Positions 10,113 through 19,931 of a stretch of 64,000 nucleotides of DNA are shown here, piece after piece (the stretch's first letter is position 1; each line of letters begins with the position of its first letter). The stretch is from Vicinamibacteria bacterium (GTDB lineage: Bacteria > Acidobacteriota > Vicinamibacteria > Marinacidobacterales > Marinacidobacteraceae), in assembly GCA_963555995.3 (NCBI GenBank), contig OY821641.1:2240001-2304000 (forward strand), given 5' to 3'. The notes under the pieces were generated by a model. That model was not told where the DNA came from, searched no databases, and was given only the letters and a program-made list of their open reading frames with translations. The translations under genes and the position numbers were made by a program.

Positions 10113-10358
10113 ATGAGTTTCTTCCCGATGCCCCGCGCGGAGCGGGTGGCGCTCTTCGTGCTGATCGCCTTCTCGGTGCTGGCCTTCCTGCCGGTGTTCG
10201 GGGAGATCTCCGTGCTCGGGGTCGCGGTGTTCGGCTGGCTGATGGCGGCGCTGCTGCTCGGGTCGCCGGCCATCCTGCTGGCGCTGCTCCTCGCCGACCG
10301 GCGCGCTCGGGATGGCGGCGGCGAACGCCGGGAGGCCGGCGAGCGGACGGACCCATGA
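10113..10358 (+). CDS. Small two-TM membrane protein (probable SSS accessory subunit)
   Basis: Two hydrophobic segments; ATGA overlap with the SSS gene. Confidence 0.7.
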   Translation: MSFFPMPRAERVALFVLIAFSVLAFLPVFGEISVLGVAVFGWLMAALLLGSPAILLALLLADRRARDGGGERREAGERTDP

Positions 10359-11785
10359 TCGAACGCTGGCTCGTCCTCGCCTACCTGCTGGTCTGCGTGG
10401 TGGTCGGCGCGCTCGCGACCCGGCGGGTGCTCGGCTCGGCGGACGAGTACTGGGTGGCGGGACGCCGGGTCGGAACCTGGGTGAACGCCCTGGCAATCAT
10501 GGCGGCGCTGGCGAGCGGCGGCTCGCTCATCGGCGTGCTGGGGCTCGCCTACCGGGACGGCATCCCGGCCACCCTGGCGCTCTTCGCGGGCGCGGTCGTC
10601 GGGTTCCCGCTCGCCACCATCCTGGTGGCCGCCCCGCTGCGACGGCTGGCGAAGTTCACGATCACCGACTTCATGGCGTTCCGCTACCCGCACGGCCTGG
10701 TGCGGGCGCTGGTCCCCCTCATCATCGTGGTGTCGCTGACGGTGTACATGGTGGCCCAGATGAAGGCGGCGGGAATCACCGCCGAGGCGCTCCTCGGGGT
10801 GGACTACGAGACCGCGATCACGGTCGCCACCGTGGTCTTCGTCCTCTACGTGTCCTTTGGCGGCATGGTCGCGGTCACCGTCACCGACGTGATGCAGGGG
10901 GGGCTGCTGTTCCTGCTCATGGGGGCCACCGCCGTGGTCCTCGCGCTCTCCGCCGGCTCGCCGCTCGCCTCGCTCGAAGCGGCGACCGCGGCCTCCCCCG
11001 CCTTCGGGCAGCTCCCCGCCGGCGGTTCCGGCTACCTCGACTACTTCGTGATCTGGGCCTCGGCGATCCCGGTGATCCCCCACATCGTGATGCGGGTCGC
11101 CACCGCCCGCGACCCGCGGAGCGCCCGGCTCTCGCTGAACCTGGCAACCGTGATGTACGGCGTGATGATCCTCTCGGCGATCCTGCTGATCGCCCCGGTG
11201 GGGATCCTCGAGTTCCCGGGGCTGACCGACCCCGACCAGGTGTTCCTGCGCATCGTCGGCGACCATTTCCCGCCCGTCCTGCGCGGGCTGGCGGTGGCGG
11301 CGGTGCTGGCGGCGGTGATGTCCACCACGGACGCCTTCCTGCTGGCGGTGAGCTCGGCGGTCGCCCACGACCTGCTCGGCGGCTTCCTCGCGAAGAAGAG
11401 CAAGCGCGTCCAGGCCGCCGCCCGCCTCGGGGCCACCTGGCTGGTCGGCGCCGCCGCCCTCTACTGGGCCTTCTCCCCGCCGGAACTGCTCACCCGCTTC
11501 TACACCGCCGGGGTCGGGCTGCTCTCGGCGGGGCTCTTCGTGCCGGTGGTCTTCGGCATCTGGTGGCGGCGGGCGAACCTCGCCGGCGGGGTCGCGGCGC
11601 TGGTCTCCGGGGTCGCCGTCTATTCCGTCGTGCTGCTCTGGGGTCCCCAGCTCGGCATCGGGATCGGGCCGATCCTGGTGGCCCTCCCGGTGAGCCTGCT
11701 GGCGATGCTGGCGGGCGGGTTCTGGGGCGGCTCCGACCCCACCGACCGCGCGCTGGCCGTCGCCCGCCTCCACGGAGAGCGATAG
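10355..11785 (+). CDS. Sodium:solute symporter (SSS) family protein
   Basis: EYWVAGR, GGM.AV..TD.MQG, AA.MST.D motifs; many TM helices. Confidence 0.93.
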   Translation: MIERWLVLAYLLVCVVVGALATRRVLGSADEYWVAGRRVGTWVNALAIMAALASGGSLIGVLGLAYRDGIPATLALFAGAVVGFPLATILVAAPLRRLAKFTITDFMAFRYPHGLVRALVPLIIVVSLTVYMVAQMKAAGITAEALLGVDYETAITVATVVFVLYVSFGGMVAVTVTDVMQGGLLFLLMGATAVVLALSAGSPLASLEAATAASPAFGQLPAGGSGYLDYFVIWASAIPVIPHIVMRVATARDPRSARLSLNLATVMYGVMILSAILLIAPVGILEFPGLTDPDQVFLRIVGDHFPPVLRGLAVAAVLAAVMSTTDAFLLAVSSAVAHDLLGGFLAKKSKRVQAAARLGATWLVGAAALYWAFSPPELLTRFYTAGVGLLSAGLFVPVVFGIWWRRANLAGGVAALVSGVAVYSVVLLWGPQLGIGIGPILVALPVSLLAMLAGGFWGGSDPTDRALAVARLHGER

Positions 11786-11797
11786 AAGGGTCCGACG

Positions 11798-13237
11798 TTG
11801 CCGGCCGCCGTGTCCGGGGCGGTGCTGCTGCTCTACACCGCCGTCCTGTTCGGGATCGCGTGGGTTTCCAGCCGCCGCATCCGCGACGTCTCCGACTACC
11901 TGGTCGCCGGACGGCGGCTCGGGACCCCGCTGGCTTCCCTGAGCCTGCTCGCCACCTGGTTCGGGGCGGGAACGCTCCTCGCCTCCGCCGAGGAGGTCCG
12001 CGACACCGGCCTCGCGGCGGCGGCGCTCGAACCCATCGGCCCCGGCATCTGCCTGCTGCTGGTGGGCCTCTTCTACGCGGCGCCGCTCCGGCGCGCGGGG
12101 CTGCTGACGCTCGGGGACTTCTTCGCGCGCCGGTTCGGCCGGAGCGCCGAGATCGCCTCCGCCGCCGTCATGGTGCCGAGCTTCTTCGGCTGGATCGCCG
12201 CCCAGTTCGCGGTGCTGGCCGCGCTGCTCGGCGACCTCTTCGGCATCCCCCTCGGGGCCGGCCTGCTGCTCGTGGCCGCGGTCGCGGTCGGCTACACCCT
12301 GATCGGCGGCATGTGGTCGGTGACCCTGACCGACGCCGTGCAGGCGATCCTCGTGGCGGCGGCGCTTCTCGCGCTCGGGATCTCGGCGCTCGCCGAGCTG
12401 GGCGGCGGCTCCCTCGCCGGCGGGCTGGCGCGGCTCGGGCGCGAGGTCCCGCCGGACCGGCTCGCCCTCGTCCCGAGCGAACTGACCGCGCTCCTCGCCT
12501 GGTCCGGCCTGCTGGTCGCCGGAGCGCTCGGCAACATCCCCGGGCAGGACGTCCTGCAGCGGGTGTTCGCGTCCCGTTCGGAGCGGGTGGCCCGCCGCGC
12601 CTGCCTCATCTCCGGCGGGCTCTACCTGCTGCTCGGCGCCGTTCCCGTCGGGCTCGGGCTCGCCGCCGGGCTCCTCCTGCCCGGCCACGAGGGGGACATG
12701 CTCGCCGCGCTGGGCCGCATCCTCTTCAGCCCGCTGGCGGCGCTCGCCCTCGTGCTGCTGGTGGTCTCGGCGCTCCTTTCGACCGTGGACAGCGCGCTAA
12801 TATCGGCCGCGTCCGTACTGGCGCAAAACCTCCTGCGTCATTCGCTGCCGCGGGCCGGGCTCCTGCGGCTCAGTCGTCTCTCGGTTGTCCTCGTCGGTGC
12901 GGCGAGTCTCGTCTATGCGTTCCGTGGTCTCCGTGCGTACTCCCTGCTCGAGGACGCCTACGAACTCACCCTCGTGGGGCTCTTCGTGCCGCTGACGGCG
13001 GGCCTCTTCTGGACGCGCGGCGGCCCCGCCGCGGCGCTCGGCGGGATCGCGGGCGGGGCCGCGCTCTGGGCGGTCCACGTGGTCCGGGGCTGGGAGTGGT
13101 TCCTCGAGCCCGCGCTGTCCCCCGCCGGGGTGCTGATCCCGAACGCGATCGGGCTGACCGCCGCCAGCGCCGCCGGCTACCTGCTGGGCGCCGTCTTCGG
13201 GAGCGGCCCTGCGCCGGAACGCGGAACCGCCCGATGA
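11798..13237 (+). CDS. Second SSS-family transporter (choline-transporter-like subgroup)
   Basis: DYLVAGRR, LATWFG, GGMWSV..TD.VQ, GNIPGQD..QR; TTG start. Confidence 0.9.
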   Translation: MPAAVSGAVLLLYTAVLFGIAWVSSRRIRDVSDYLVAGRRLGTPLASLSLLATWFGAGTLLASAEEVRDTGLAAAALEPIGPGICLLLVGLFYAAPLRRAGLLTLGDFFARRFGRSAEIASAAVMVPSFFGWIAAQFAVLAALLGDLFGIPLGAGLLLVAAVAVGYTLIGGMWSVTLTDAVQAILVAAALLALGISALAELGGGSLAGGLARLGREVPPDRLALVPSELTALLAWSGLLVAGALGNIPGQDVLQRVFASRSERVARRACLISGGLYLLLGAVPVGLGLAAGLLLPGHEGDMLAALGRILFSPLAALALVLLVVSALLSTVDSALISAASVLAQNLLRHSLPRAGLLRLSRLSVVLVGAASLVYAFRGLRAYSLLEDAYELTLVGLFVPLTAGLFWTRGGPAAALGGIAGGAALWAVHVVRGWEWFLEPALSPAGVLIPNAIGLTAASAAGYLLGAVFGSGPAPERGTAR

Positions 13238-14673
13238 GCGCCTTCCGCGAACGCGCCGAGGCGCTCCGCCGCCTCGGCGAGGCCCTCGAACCGGACGCCG
13301 AGGAGCGGCGCCGCCTCAACGAGGCCACCATCCGCCACACCGAGGAGTTCCTCGAAGCGCTCCCCACCGGCCCGTCCTGGTACCCGCCGCGCACCGCGTC
13401 GGAACTCACCGACCTGCCCATCGGGGCGGAAGGCCGTCCGTTCCCGGAGCTCCTGGACCTCGTGCGCCGGGAGGTCGAGCGCGAGGGCCTGAACCCCGCC
13501 TCCCCCCGCGACCTCGGCTACGTCCCCGGCGGCGGACTGTTCGTGTCCGCGCTCGGCGACTACATCGCCGCCGTCAACAACGCGTTCTCCGGCTACTTCC
13601 CGGCCTCCCCCGGCGCGGCCCGGCTGGAGAACCGGCTGGTCGCGTGGATTGCCGAGATCGTGGGCTACCCCGAGGGCGCGGGCGGGACCCTGACCTCGGG
13701 GGGCAGCGTCGCCGCGCTGACCGCGATCGTCGCCGCCCGCGAGGCGCGGGGCCTCCGCTCCCGCGACTTCCCGCGCGCGGTGGTCTATGCGACGAGCCAG
13801 GAGCACTACTCGGTCCGCAAGGCAGTGCACCTCGCCGGGGTCGGCGAAGCGCCCTGCCGGATCGTCGCCATGGACGACGCCTACCGCATGGCGCCGGAGT
13901 CGCTCGCTGCCCACGTCCGGAAGGACCGCGCGGAGGGCCTGCTGCCGTGGCTCGTGGTCAGCACCGCCGGGACCACGAACACCGGCGCCGTGGACCCGCT
14001 CGACGCGATCTCCGCAATCGCCCGCGCCGAGGGCCTCTGGCACCACGTGGACGGCGCCTACGGCGGCTTCTACGTGCTCGTCCCGGCCCGGCGCGAGGTG
14101 CTGCGCGGCATCGAGGCGTCCGACTCCGTGGTGCTCGACCCGCACAAGAGCCTCTTCCTCCCTTACGGCAGCGGCGCGGTGGTGGTCCGCGACGCCACCC
14201 ACCTCGAGACCTTCCGCTTCGGAGCGCCCTACCTCGTGGACGCGCCCCAGCAGGAGCCGTCCCCCTCGGAGCGGTCCGTCGAGCTCACCCGCCACTTCCG
14301 CGGGATGCGTCTCTTCCTCCCGCTGCTCCTCCACGGCACCGGACCCTTCGCGGCGGCCCTCGAGGAGAAGTGGTGGCTCGCCCGCTACCTCCAGGACGAA
14401 CTGCGCCGCTGGGAAGACATCGAGGTCGGCCCGGAGCCCGAACTCTCCACGATGTGCTTCCGCTACCGCCCCCCCGGCCGCACCGACGAGGAAACCGACG
14501 CCCTCAACCGCCGCATCATCCAGACCCTCCACGCCGACGGTCGCATCTTCGTCAGCGCCACCTACCTGAACGACCGCTACTGGATCCGCCCCTCCCCCGG
14601 CATCTTCCGCACCCACGCGGAGCACATGGACGAGTTCCTCGAGATCCTCAAGGACCTCATCGCCGCCCTGTAG
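13234..14673 (+). CDS. Group II PLP-dependent amino-acid decarboxylase
   Basis: TSGGS, H.SV.KA, AGTTNTGAVD, HVDGAYGG, DPHK (PLP lysine); ATG 13234 overlaps the SSS stop. Confidence 0.92.
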   Translation: MSAFRERAEALRRLGEALEPDAEERRRLNEATIRHTEEFLEALPTGPSWYPPRTASELTDLPIGAEGRPFPELLDLVRREVEREGLNPASPRDLGYVPGGGLFVSALGDYIAAVNNAFSGYFPASPGAARLENRLVAWIAEIVGYPEGAGGTLTSGGSVAALTAIVAAREARGLRSRDFPRAVVYATSQEHYSVRKAVHLAGVGEAPCRIVAMDDAYRMAPESLAAHVRKDRAEGLLPWLVVSTAGTTNTGAVDPLDAISAIARAEGLWHHVDGAYGGFYVLVPARREVLRGIEASDSVVLDPHKSLFLPYGSGAVVVRDATHLETFRFGAPYLVDAPQQEPSPSERSVELTRHFRGMRLFLPLLLHGTGPFAAALEEKWWLARYLQDELRRWEDIEVGPEPELSTMCFRYRPPGRTDEETDALNRRIIQTLHADGRIFVSATYLNDRYWIRPSPGIFRTHAEHMDEFLEILKDLIAAL

Positions 14674-14678
14674 GTAGG

Positions 14679-14885
14679 GGGATCGCCGGTCTTCAGACCG
14701 GCACCCGCTGCGCGGCAGCGCAGCGGAAGCGCGTAGGACAAGCCGTCCCCATGGCGCCTCCGGCTTGGAACGCCGACTTCCAGTCGGCACGCGGGCCGCA
14801 GGCCCGCAAAGCGCGTACGGCTGCACGTTCGGGTGACACCCACGGCTCGGAGCGCCGGCCTCCGGCCGGCATCGCGCGGAAGCGC
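14679..14885 (+). repeat. Three co-oriented REP variants in tandem
   Basis: Units start at 14679, 14766 and 14848, each followed by a second GC-rich hairpin. Confidence 0.75.
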
Positions 14886-15070
14886 GAAACCGGCGCCGAT
14901 GGCGAGGTAGCCATGCCGACGTCCATGCCGCGCCCCATGGACGATCCGACTATCAAGGACAGGCGCGGTTTCGGCGCGGTCCGTCAACGCGAAACAGATC
15001 AGCGAGAACCGGTGCCCAGCCCGCCATCTGCCGCCGGCTCGGGGACTACCGCCTGCGGTAGGCTCCGGCA

Positions 15071-15448
15071 ATGGCCCAGGCGGCGGAACGGGACAACCCG
15101 CATCGCGTGGAGACCGGCCCCGCGACCGACGCACTGATCGCGGAGATGGTCGAGATCCTCGTCAGGGAGGCCGACCCGGAGCAGGTCATCCTTTTCGGGT
15201 CGCGCGGCCGAGGAGACGCCCGGAGCGACTCGGACGTGGACCTGATCGTGGTGGAGGCGGAACCTTTCGGCCCGGGCCGAGACCGCGTGAAGGAGATGGC
15301 CCGGCTCTACCGGGCGCTTGGCGGATTCGCGGTGCCGACGGACATCCTTGTGTACTCGACAGCAGACGTGGAGTACTGGCGGGACTCCCTGAACCACGTA
15401 CTGGCGCGAGCGCTCCGCGACGGGAAAATCGTCTATGAGCGACCTTAA
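15071..15448 (+). CDS. Minimal nucleotidyltransferase (MNT) antitoxin
   Basis: LFGSRGRG....SDVDL motif; overlaps the HEPN gene. Confidence 0.9.
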   Translation: MAQAAERDNPHRVETGPATDALIAEMVEILVREADPEQVILFGSRGRGDARSDSDVDLIVVEAEPFGPGRDRVKEMARLYRALGGFAVPTDILVYSTADVEYWRDSLNHVLARALRDGKIVYERP

Positions 15449-15818
15449 GTGCGCCGAAGCGATGCTGGAAGCGGCCGAGCGCGACCTCCTGACCCTTCGC
15501 AGCATGAGCGACGAAGCGCCGGAGGAATCCTTCGGTTTTCATCTTCAGCAGGCTACGGAGAAGGGCCTGAAGGCCTGGATCGCGGCCCGTGGCGAGCAGT
15601 ATCCGATGACGCACAGTGTCGAGAACCTTCTGCGCCTTCTTCGGAGGTCTTCCGTCAATACGGAGCCTTTCGAGGAACTGGATCAATTCACCCCATACGC
15701 GGTGACGTTTCGATATGAAGGGATCGGGCCCGAAGCCGAACCGATCGACCGCAGGGCGATGATGGCGCTGGTCGAGACGCTGCTGGAACGAGTGCGCGCG
15801 GAAATCCACGGCCGATAG
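15435..15818 (+). CDS. HEPN-domain protein (toxin of an MNT-HEPN pair)
   Basis: FHLQQATEK.LKA, THS, YAV.FRY motifs. Confidence 0.9.
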   Translation: MSDLKCAEAMLEAAERDLLTLRSMSDEAPEESFGFHLQQATEKGLKAWIAARGEQYPMTHSVENLLRLLRRSSVNTEPFEELDQFTPYAVTFRYEGIGPEAEPIDRRAMMALVETLLERVRAEIHGR

Positions 15819-15892
15819 TTATTCGGCCGCGGTCTCCGGCTGCCGGACATCTTGAAGGCCCTCATCACAGCCCTGTCTGCACGGGAGGACCT

Positions 15893-15992
15893 CGGAGCGC
15901 CGGCCTCCGGCCGGCATCGTCGACCGTAGGAAGGCGAAACGCGCGTCGCCACCAACCGACATGGCGTGATCCAAACCGGGAACGGCAGAGCC
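15893..15992 (+). repeat. REP plus partial REPIN body
   Basis: CGGAGCGCCGGCCTCCGGCCGGCAT; following sequence is homologous to the reverse complement of about 19820-19920. Confidence 0.7.
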
Positions 15993-16043
15993 ATAACCGA
16001 CCCCCCGTTGATGCTCCCACCCACAATTGTCGGAGGAATCGCC

Positions 16044-16292
16044 ATGAAGGAACATGACCGTTATGAGCGCCTCGGCTTCTTCGAGTTCCGGCCCCTGCTG
16101 GCGGAAATCGTCGCGGAGCAGTCGCTCTCCGGAGACGAGACCTGCCTGCGCGAAACGCTGTCCGACCTCGGAGTGATCTGGCGTACCCCGGCGGGCTGGG
16201 AAATGGGCATCCCGAGCTTCGCCGACTACGTGCTCGGTCGGTACGCAGCCGAGACGAGTGGACCAACGACCACCGCCGAACGCGGTAGCTAA
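16044..16292 (+). pseudogene. Short ORF resembling the C-terminal wHTH end of AAA ATPases
   Basis: GGAGGA RBS; L..LGVIW.....WEMGIPSFADY ending; no P-loop upstream. Confidence 0.45.
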
Positions 16293-17320
16293 CGGCGCGT
16301 CTTCAGACGCGCGATGAAGTCGGCCTGGCTGGTGGCGGCGTCCGCGGCCTCCGCGACGGCATCGGTGGGCGCTCCTTCCAGCGCCTCGCGGTCCGGCCGC
16401 GGCAGGTCCGCCGGGAAGCGGGGGGAGAGCGGGACACCCCGGCGGCGCAGGATGGCGGTCGCCATGGCGACGATCCCTTCGGCCCGGCCCGCCTCCCGTT
16501 GCTGGCGGCCGAAACGGCCGAGCATCGGATCGTCGTCCGGACGCGTGCCCTCCCGCCGGCCGAGTTCCCGCCCCACCCGTTCGAGCACCAGGTCCGTCTC
16601 GAAGGACAGCACCGGCTCGTTCAGGGCCAGGTGGATCTCGTCGGCCGTCCAGCCGGGAAACGCGCGGCTCACCTCCGACGGGAAGTAGCCGCCGTCCCCG
16701 AGCACATGAATGGTCAGGCCCGGCAGCCGGCTCCTCCGCGCGCTCCGGGAGCGCCGGTTCGGCACCTCGACCCACACCTCCGGGAATCCCGCCCGCTCGT
16801 AGAGCCGCAGCCGGTTCCCGCCGACGTCCGTCGTGTTGTCCACTTCGAGAACCACGTCGGGGAACCGGCTGGCGCCCACCACCATCTCCCCGGAATCCAG
16901 CAGCGCCTGCCGCTCGGGGTGGAGATAGACCACCTGGTCGGCCTGGATGAAACCCAACAGCTCGCCGTCCGGCGTCTTGAACCGGAGGTCGGTCGCCCCC
17001 AGGCAGTCAATCGGCGACCCCCGGAACATGGCGACGCGTTCGAGAATCCGGGGCAGGGCGGCGACCTCGCCCTCGTGGAACGGCGTCGCGCCTTCGCGCG
17101 CCACCCACGCCCGCTCGCTGGCGGCGTGCCAGTACTCGACCCGGCGCCCTTCCCACGCCGGACCCTCGATCTCGGCGCGGCTGACCGGGACCGGGTCGCA
17201 GCCGGCGAACTCCAGTTCCTCCGGCTCAAGCCACCCGCCTCCCGGCGCACCGGCGCGCCCTCGCCGGGAACGCTCCGTCTGGGGGGCGACCGTCGCGACC
17301 GACTCCGCAAGTCGCTGCAT
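16289..17320 (-). CDS. Uma2-family (PD-(D/E)XK-like) endonuclease
   Basis: QADQ, PDVVLEVD, LY...GFPEVWVE motifs. Confidence 0.8.
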   Translation of the reverse strand: MQRLAESVATVAPQTERSRRGRAGAPGGGWLEPEELEFAGCDPVPVSRAEIEGPAWEGRRVEYWHAASERAWVAREGATPFHEGEVAALPRILERVAMFRGSPIDCLGATDLRFKTPDGELLGFIQADQVVYLHPERQALLDSGEMVVGASRFPDVVLEVDNTTDVGGNRLRLYERAGFPEVWVEVPNRRSRSARRSRLPGLTIHVLGDGGYFPSEVSRAFPGWTADEIHLALNEPVLSFETDLVLERVGRELGRREGTRPDDDPMLGRFGRQQREAGRAEGIVAMATAILRRRGVPLSPRFPADLPRPDREALEGAPTDAVAEAADAATSQADFIARLKTRR

Positions 17321-17441
17321 CCGCGACAGTCTATTCCGGGCCGATCCTCACCGCCGCTCGGCCTACGGCCAGAGCGTGCCGCCCGCGAGTTCGCTTGTGA
17401 AGCGCAGCGCCGGCCAGACCCAGACCTCGATTTGGTCTTCG

Positions 17442-17470
17442 GTCGTCAATTTACGCCGCAATTTGACGGC
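17442..17470. promoter_or_regulatory. Operator-like inverted repeat
   Basis: GTCGTCAATTT-N7-AATTTGACGGC, 9/11 dyad match, AT-rich, upstream of the Uma2 gene. Confidence 0.4.
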
Positions 17471-17636
17471 GACATGGACAACTCTGGAGAAGCGAGGTCG
17501 GCCCGCTTGCGACCGGGAAACACCGTTGAGCTTGACAACTGGAGCGCCGGCCGGCACTCCAGGCCAGCGGCGCCCTGACGGCCGTTGGCGGAACCGCATT
17601 TTCACAGCGACCCGCCGGTGCGCCGCAGGGTTCGTC

Positions 17637-18935
17637 CTAAGGGCTCTTGACGACCTCGCCGCCCTTCATGACGAACTTCACGTCCTCCAGCAGCCGGATG
17701 TCGTCGAGGGGGTTCCCCGCCACCGCGATGATGTCGGCGAGCTTGCCGTCCTCGATGGAGCCGAGGTCCGCCTCCCAGCCGAGCAGCTCGGCGCCGTTGA
17801 TGGTGGCGGTCTGGATCGCCGCCATCGGCGAGATGTCCATCTCGTCCACCATGATGGCGAAGTCCTTCGCGTTCCGGCCGTGGGGGAAGACCGCGGCGTC
17901 GGTGCCGTAGGCGAACTTCACCCCGGCGTGGAAGGCGGCGGCGAGCCGCTCGCGCTGCATCGTCGCGATCTCCTTCGCCTTGGCGATGGAGTGTTCGGGA
18001 ACCCCGTTCTCGGCACCCTCCTCGATGATGAAGTCGAGGGTGTAGATGGTGGGAACGATGAAAGTGCCGTGCTCCTTCGCGAGCCGGATGCCCTCGTCGT
18101 CAATCAGGGTGCCGTGCTCGATGCTGGCCACCCCGGCGCGGATGGCGTCGTTCATGGCCGCCGGGGAGTGGGCATGCGCCCCCACCGGGGTATCGAGCAT
18201 GTTGGCGGTGTCCACGATCGCCTTCAGTTCCTCGAAGGAGTACGCCTGGTCATAGACCGAATCGCCGTGGGAGAGCACGCCGCCCGAGGCGGTCACCTTG
18301 ATGACGTCCGCCCCGTACTTGACCTGGAAGCGCACCGCGCGGCGCAGCTCGTCCACCCCGTCGGCGATCATCGCGTAGCCGGGGGTCGGGACGTCCGGGT
18401 TCCAGCCGTTGATGTCCGCGTGGCCGCCCGTGGAGCCCACCCCCCAGGTGGCCGCCTGGATGCGCGGCCCGGGGACGATGCCCCGGTCCACCATGTCGCG
18501 GAGCGCGGCGTCGTGGTAGTTCCCCGCCCCGATGTTGCGGACGCTGGTGAAGCCCTTCTCGAGCGTGATCTTCGCGTGCGCCACCGCGTAGATCGCCTCG
18601 TGGGCGACGGTCTCCCGCATCTTCTGGGTGTCCCCGCCGTCGCCCGGGATGCCGCCGAGATGGACGTGGCAGTCGAAGAGTCCGGGCAGGATGGTGAGGC
18701 CGCTCAGGTCAATCACCGTGGCGCCGCGCGGAACGGGAATGGCGCCCGTCGGGCCGACCGCCATGATCCGCTCGCCTTCGATGACCACCTCGGGGTTCAG
18801 GACCGGGGGCGCGTCGGTGCCGATGATGAGGCGGTCGGCGCGGATCACGACGGGCGTTCCGCCGTCCTGGGCGGCGGCCGGGAGCGCCGGGAGAACGGCG
18901 CAAGCGAGCATGGCGAGGCAGGGCATGAAACGCAT
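17637..18935 (-). CDS. Exported metal-dependent amidohydrolase (Xaa-Pro dipeptidase-like)
   Basis: Signal peptide; PGLFDCHVH, IK..ASGG, AHAH, SIEHG, YGTDA, GKLAD. Confidence 0.93.
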   Translation of the reverse strand: MRFMPCLAMLACAVLPALPAAAQDGGTPVVIRADRLIIGTDAPPVLNPEVVIEGERIMAVGPTGAIPVPRGATVIDLSGLTILPGLFDCHVHLGGIPGDGGDTQKMRETVAHEAIYAVAHAKITLEKGFTSVRNIGAGNYHDAALRDMVDRGIVPGPRIQAATWGVGSTGGHADINGWNPDVPTPGYAMIADGVDELRRAVRFQVKYGADVIKVTASGGVLSHGDSVYDQAYSFEELKAIVDTANMLDTPVGAHAHSPAAMNDAIRAGVASIEHGTLIDDEGIRLAKEHGTFIVPTIYTLDFIIEEGAENGVPEHSIAKAKEIATMQRERLAAAFHAGVKFAYGTDAAVFPHGRNAKDFAIMVDEMDISPMAAIQTATINGAELLGWEADLGSIEDGKLADIIAVAGNPLDDIRLLEDVKFVMKGGEVVKSP

Positions 18936-19099
18936 CGGGATTCCTCCGGGAGAAGCGCGCGATCGTACCCGGAATTGGGGGTGCGCCGGAGGCCGTCAGC
19001 GCGATCCGGGAATGGAAGCAGGTGCGGAATTCACGACGGCATGGCGCCACGGCGCCAGCGCTTGATTCGCTGCGACAGTGCGGTCCCGCCGGTTCGCGT

Positions 19100-19920
19100 C
19101 GGAGCGCCAGCCTCCGGCTGGCGGCCAATTGCTGTGAAAGTGCCAGTCGTGCGGGGTTGGCCAACAGCGGTGATGGCGCCGCCGGCCGGGAACGCCGGCT
19201 TCAGCCGGCACAGCCCGCCGAAGGCGGGCGGCGGGAAGGACCTCACCCGCCCCGATGGCCCGAAGGCGGGGAACGCCGGACACCAGTTCTTCGATGGCGC
19301 CTCGCTGGACCACGCGCCACGCGGCCAACAGCGGTACGTCGTTCCGCTGCGCTTCGCGCAGCGGGTGCCGGCTGAAGCCGGCGTTCCAAGCCGTTCCGCC
19401 GTTTTTCATGACCGGCGGGGTGCGCGGGAGGACAGGCGCATGGCGGTTTCTCCCGGTGGGGGCCGCGCGGGAGCGCGAAACCCTCATGATCGGTCCTCCT
19501 GCACACCCCGTTGGGCATGAAAACAGCGAAGACGGCTGGGAGCGCCGCTCTTCAGAGCGGCACAGCGGGCCGCAGGTCCGCGGATGTCGTGTCGCTGGTT
19601 GCGGCGATGAACCGAGAGCAGAGCGCCACCGCGCCGGACCGCGTCGCGCCGGGCGCTGCGCTGTCGCGCAGCGCGTGCCGGTCTGAAGACCGGCGCTCCC
19701 AGGCGGCGGCGCCGCCCACGCTGGTTGACCCTTCGCCCAGACTGCACTTTCACAGCAAACCCGCGCTGAGGGCGCTCCTCCCCGCGAATGCGGTCCAGGT
19801 TCAGCTCTGTTCGGGCGGCGCCCTGCCGTTCGCGGTTGGGATCACGCCATGCCGGTCGGTGGCGGTGCGTGTTTCGCTCCCCTGCGGGGAGCGATGTCGG
19901 CCGGAGGCCGGCGCTCCGAG
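19100..19920. repeat. Cluster of REP/REPIN elements (REP 19100; 201-bp element 19188-19388; 163-bp element 19538-19700; REP near 19900)
   Basis: Terminal palindromes and internal bodies match other copies in the window. Confidence 0.85.
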
Positions 19921-19931
19921 CCGCTCGGCCC

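Noticed and set aside
10312-13233. 1453-aa ORF suggesting a giant decarboxylase fusion
   Set aside because: The first roughly 970 aa are an Arg/Pro/Gly-rich off-frame read of the SSS genes; the real start is 13234.
14679-14885. Possible CRISPR array
   Set aside because: Units are non-identical REP variants, only three are present, and there are no cas genes.
19022-19920. Many short ORFs over repeat clusters (also 8909-9221, 35308-35676, 37597-38028, 52727-53196)
   Set aside because: They are translations of REP/REPIN DNA and recur wherever the repeat occurs.
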